NCBI GenBank assembly: GCA_001179505.1
Contig: CDMY01000266.1
Location: 78,313 to 142,312 of the forward strand
Direction: 5' to 3'
DNA: 64,000 bases
DNA from: Vitrella brassicaformis CCMP3155
Taxonomy: Eukaryota > Protista > Chromerida
Shown piece after piece: positions 61,601 through 64,000 of the stretch. Position 1 is the first letter of the stretch; each line of letters starts with the position of its first letter. The position numbers were made by a program, and so were the translations under genes. Under the pieces are notes generated by a model. That model was not told where the DNA came from, did not search any database, and worked only from the letters and a program-made list of their open reading frames with translations.

Positions 61601-64000
61601 CACACACACACACATTGGCCTTTCCGTGTGTCTGTCTGTGAGGTGAGCATAGCGTTGTGGTGGTAATGTAATGGGTGACGGGATGAGCGTATGTGTGCAG
61701 GATGCGAGCACGGCTGACGTGTTGTATCTGCACATCGGGTGCAACACTGGGGTGACGGTGCGGGCAGTTGTCGACGCCAGAGTGGGCACGCTCAGCGACC
61801 AGAGAATCAGGTAGGTACCCCAGCCACCCACCTCTCGCCCACACAGAGACAGACAGACAGTGTGTGGTGTGTATGTCATGTCCTTGGTCCCTGTCTCTCT
61901 CTCTGTGTGTTGATTTGATTTGTGAAGGTTTCTGGGGGAACGTGCCGTGCGGCTGCACCAAACGACTGTGCAGAGAGGACCGGGCTTGTTGGTCAGTCAG
62001 TCAGTCAGCTTGTGTGTGTGACAGACAGATGCGCCAACACGGTGGATGGATGGATGGATGCTCCGCTGTTCTCTCTCTCTCCCTCTTTGTGGCTGTCCAT
62101 CCATCAGGCCTTGTCGACGCGCCCATGGCTGTGCCACCAGTACCTGGGCAAGGCCGTCATGGTGCCACTCTCGTGCGACACGCTCGATGCCGCCGCACCC
62201 TTCTGCTCGGAACAGGTCAACTGGCTCTTGAGTGGGTGGGTCGACCGACACAGGCATACACAGGTGTCTCTCGTGTGCGTGTGTGTGTGTGTGTTAGGTG
62301 CCTGATGGTTTGGTGGCCATCGCCGAGAACACGCTGAGGATATTCCAGATCGAGAGGCTGGGAGAGGTGTGCCATCACCTCACCAGCAGCCGCCATCCCA
62401 CCCACCCACGCGCCATAGCTATCTGGTTGTGCTGTGTGTGTGTGTGGGTGCAGACGTTCGACCAGGTGTCGATTCCCCTCAATTACACGCCCCGCCGCCT
62501 CGTCGCCCTCCCACCACCCACACAGCCCTACGTCGACCTCACAGGTGCGCTCCTCTCTGTGTCTGTGTCTGTGTGTGCGTGTGGGTGGGGCCAGGCCATC
62601 GGAGGTCCTGTTTGTGTGTGTGTGGTGTGTGCAGGTGAGGGCATGCAGGTTGGCCAGATGTCGATGGAGATGCAGCCGCATAAGATTGCCGTTGTGGAGG
62701 CCGACCACAACGCATACGACCTCCACACTTACAACGAGATCAAGTGAGTCGAGTCAGCCAGAGAGGCAGGCAGGCAGGCAGGCAGGCACACAGACCACAT
62801 GCATCTCATCGCATGGCATCGCATCCCTCGTTGGTCATCTGTTCTTCCCCCCCCCNNNNNNNNNNNNNNNNNNNNNNNNNNNNNNNNNNNNNNNNNNNNN
62901 NNNNNNNNNNNNNNNNNNNNNNNNNNNNNNNNNNNNNNNNNNNNNNNNNNNNNNNNNNNNNNNNNNNNNNNNNNNNNNNNNNNNNNNNNNNNNNNNNNNN
63001 NNNNNNNNNNNNNNNNNNNNNNNNNNNNNNNNNNNNNNNNNNNNNNNNNNNNNNNNNNNNNNNNNNNNNNNNNNNNNNNNNNNNNNNNNNNNNNNNNNNN
63101 NNNNNNNNNNNNNNNNNNNNNNNNNNNNNNNNNNNNNNNNNNNNNNNNNNNNNNNTTCCCCCCCCCCCCCCCCCTCTCACACACACACACATGCAGAGAG
63201 GGTCTGAAGAACATCAGGCTGGACCGGCCTCAGGAAGAGAAAGACACCATGGACATCGATGAGGTCACACACACACACTCACAAAGGAAGAGAACAGAAT
63301 GGCAACACAACACGTGCCCATGTGTGTGTCTTGTGTTGGTCAGCCTGGCAAGCCGGAGATCAAGACGGAGGATGTCGTCAGGAAGGAAGAAGAGGTCAGC
63401 ACATTTCATCATTCGCACACACCACAACCACACACATACCGCCGCATCACTTCGGCTGTCTCTCTCTTCTCTGTGTGTGTGCAGGATTTGCCCGAGACTC
63501 AGGTGGGGATGTTCCGCGCCGGCGAGGGCAAGTGGGGGTCGTGCATACGCGTCATCGACCCAGTGCAGGTGACTTACTTGACCTCATAAAGACACAACAC
63601 ACACAGACATTTGGCATTTGGATGGATGAGCACCATGCCCCCTCTCTCCCTCTCTCTCTTTCTCTTTCTCTCAGAACACCGTCTGCTGCAAGCTGGACCT
63701 CGACGTGGACGAGGCGGCGCTCAGGTGGGTAGTGTTGTGAGCCTCTGTCTGTCCCCTGATATATGTGGGTGGGGTGCGTGTGTCGATGGCTATCCATCCG
63801 TGTGGCTGGGTTCATGCGGTGCGTGTCTGCAGTTGCGCGGTGGTTCAGTTTGAGGAGGCCGTGGCGCCCTGCCTGGTCGTTGGCATCGTCTACGGCATGA
63901 CCATCAGGCCCAGGAAGGTGTGTGTGTATGGGATGCGATGTGATGTGCGTGCCACACACACGTCAGCCAGTCAGCCGTCCACCTGAATGCTCGTGTGGTC
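58639..64000 (+). CDS. SF3B3: Splicing factor 3B subunit 3 (SAP130/Rse1), 5' part; continues beyond window
   Basis: MPFLYSLTIQRATAVTHAIFGNFSAPKAQEIVVSRGKVLELLRPD…DYIVVGSDSGRIVILE…[27 protein letters not shown]…LEAHK…YEMDLGLNHV…KYFDSIP…GRGPRSTLRRLRYGL are all SF3B3 hallmarks. Confidence 0.98.
62856..63155. other. Assembly gap (300 N) within an SF3B3 intron, between poly-C tracts
   Basis: Run of N flanked by C homopolymers. Confidence 1.

Larger units (their letters stand above)
1..64000. repeat. Pervasive intronic/intergenic microsatellites: (GT/CA)n, (CTGT/ACAG)n, (GGAT/ATCC)n, (CAGT)n, (GA/CT)n
   Basis: Present in most introns of the spliced genes; sparse in long exons and in parts of 22.9-27.1 kb. 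Confidence 0.95.

Noticed and set aside
1-64000. rRNA, tRNA or prokaryotic operon/defence system
   Set aside because: No such signatures seen; the bacterial-like domains (YqiA, Ig repeats, GMC N-domain) are embedded in spliced eukaryotic genes.

Overview
Eukaryotic genomic DNA: gene-dense and GC-rich, with many short GT-AG introns filled with (GT)n/(CA)n, (CTGT)n and (GGAT)n microsatellites. The style is most consistent with the chromerid Vitrella brassicaformis (inferred, not proven). I spliced the genes by eye. In order: an acidic DnaJ protein (-); an apparent YqiA-type alpha/beta-hydrolase::CYTH thiamine-triphosphatase fusion (+); a 5'-truncated CRE-type non-LTR retrotransposon with a 13-bp target-site duplication; a DMT-superfamily transporter (+); a zinc-ribbon orphan (-); a class II DnaJ (+); a frameshifted kinase-like locus (-); a membrane-anchored pepsin-type protease with a long unexplained cytoplasmic domain (+); an orphan/TE-relic island (about 22.9-27.1 kb); a tandemly duplicated folate-receptor-like GPI protein (-); a TKL kinase (-); a roughly 14-kb PAN/Ig/EGF/REJ/GPS polycystin-1-like receptor (-); an importin-alpha-like ARM::RING gene with a frameshift (+); a secreted HOTHEAD/MDL-like GMC oxidoreductase with an extra N-terminal domain (-); and the 5' part of SF3B3 (+). 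There are three 300-N gaps. I recognised no rRNA, tRNA or CRISPR array. The most interesting items are the domain fusions (esterase::ThTPase, unknown domain::GMC, protease::cytoplasmic domain, ARM::RING), the polycystin-like receptor and the retroelement junctions. All family assignments come from motif recognition without database searches, and exon boundaries are manual estimates.
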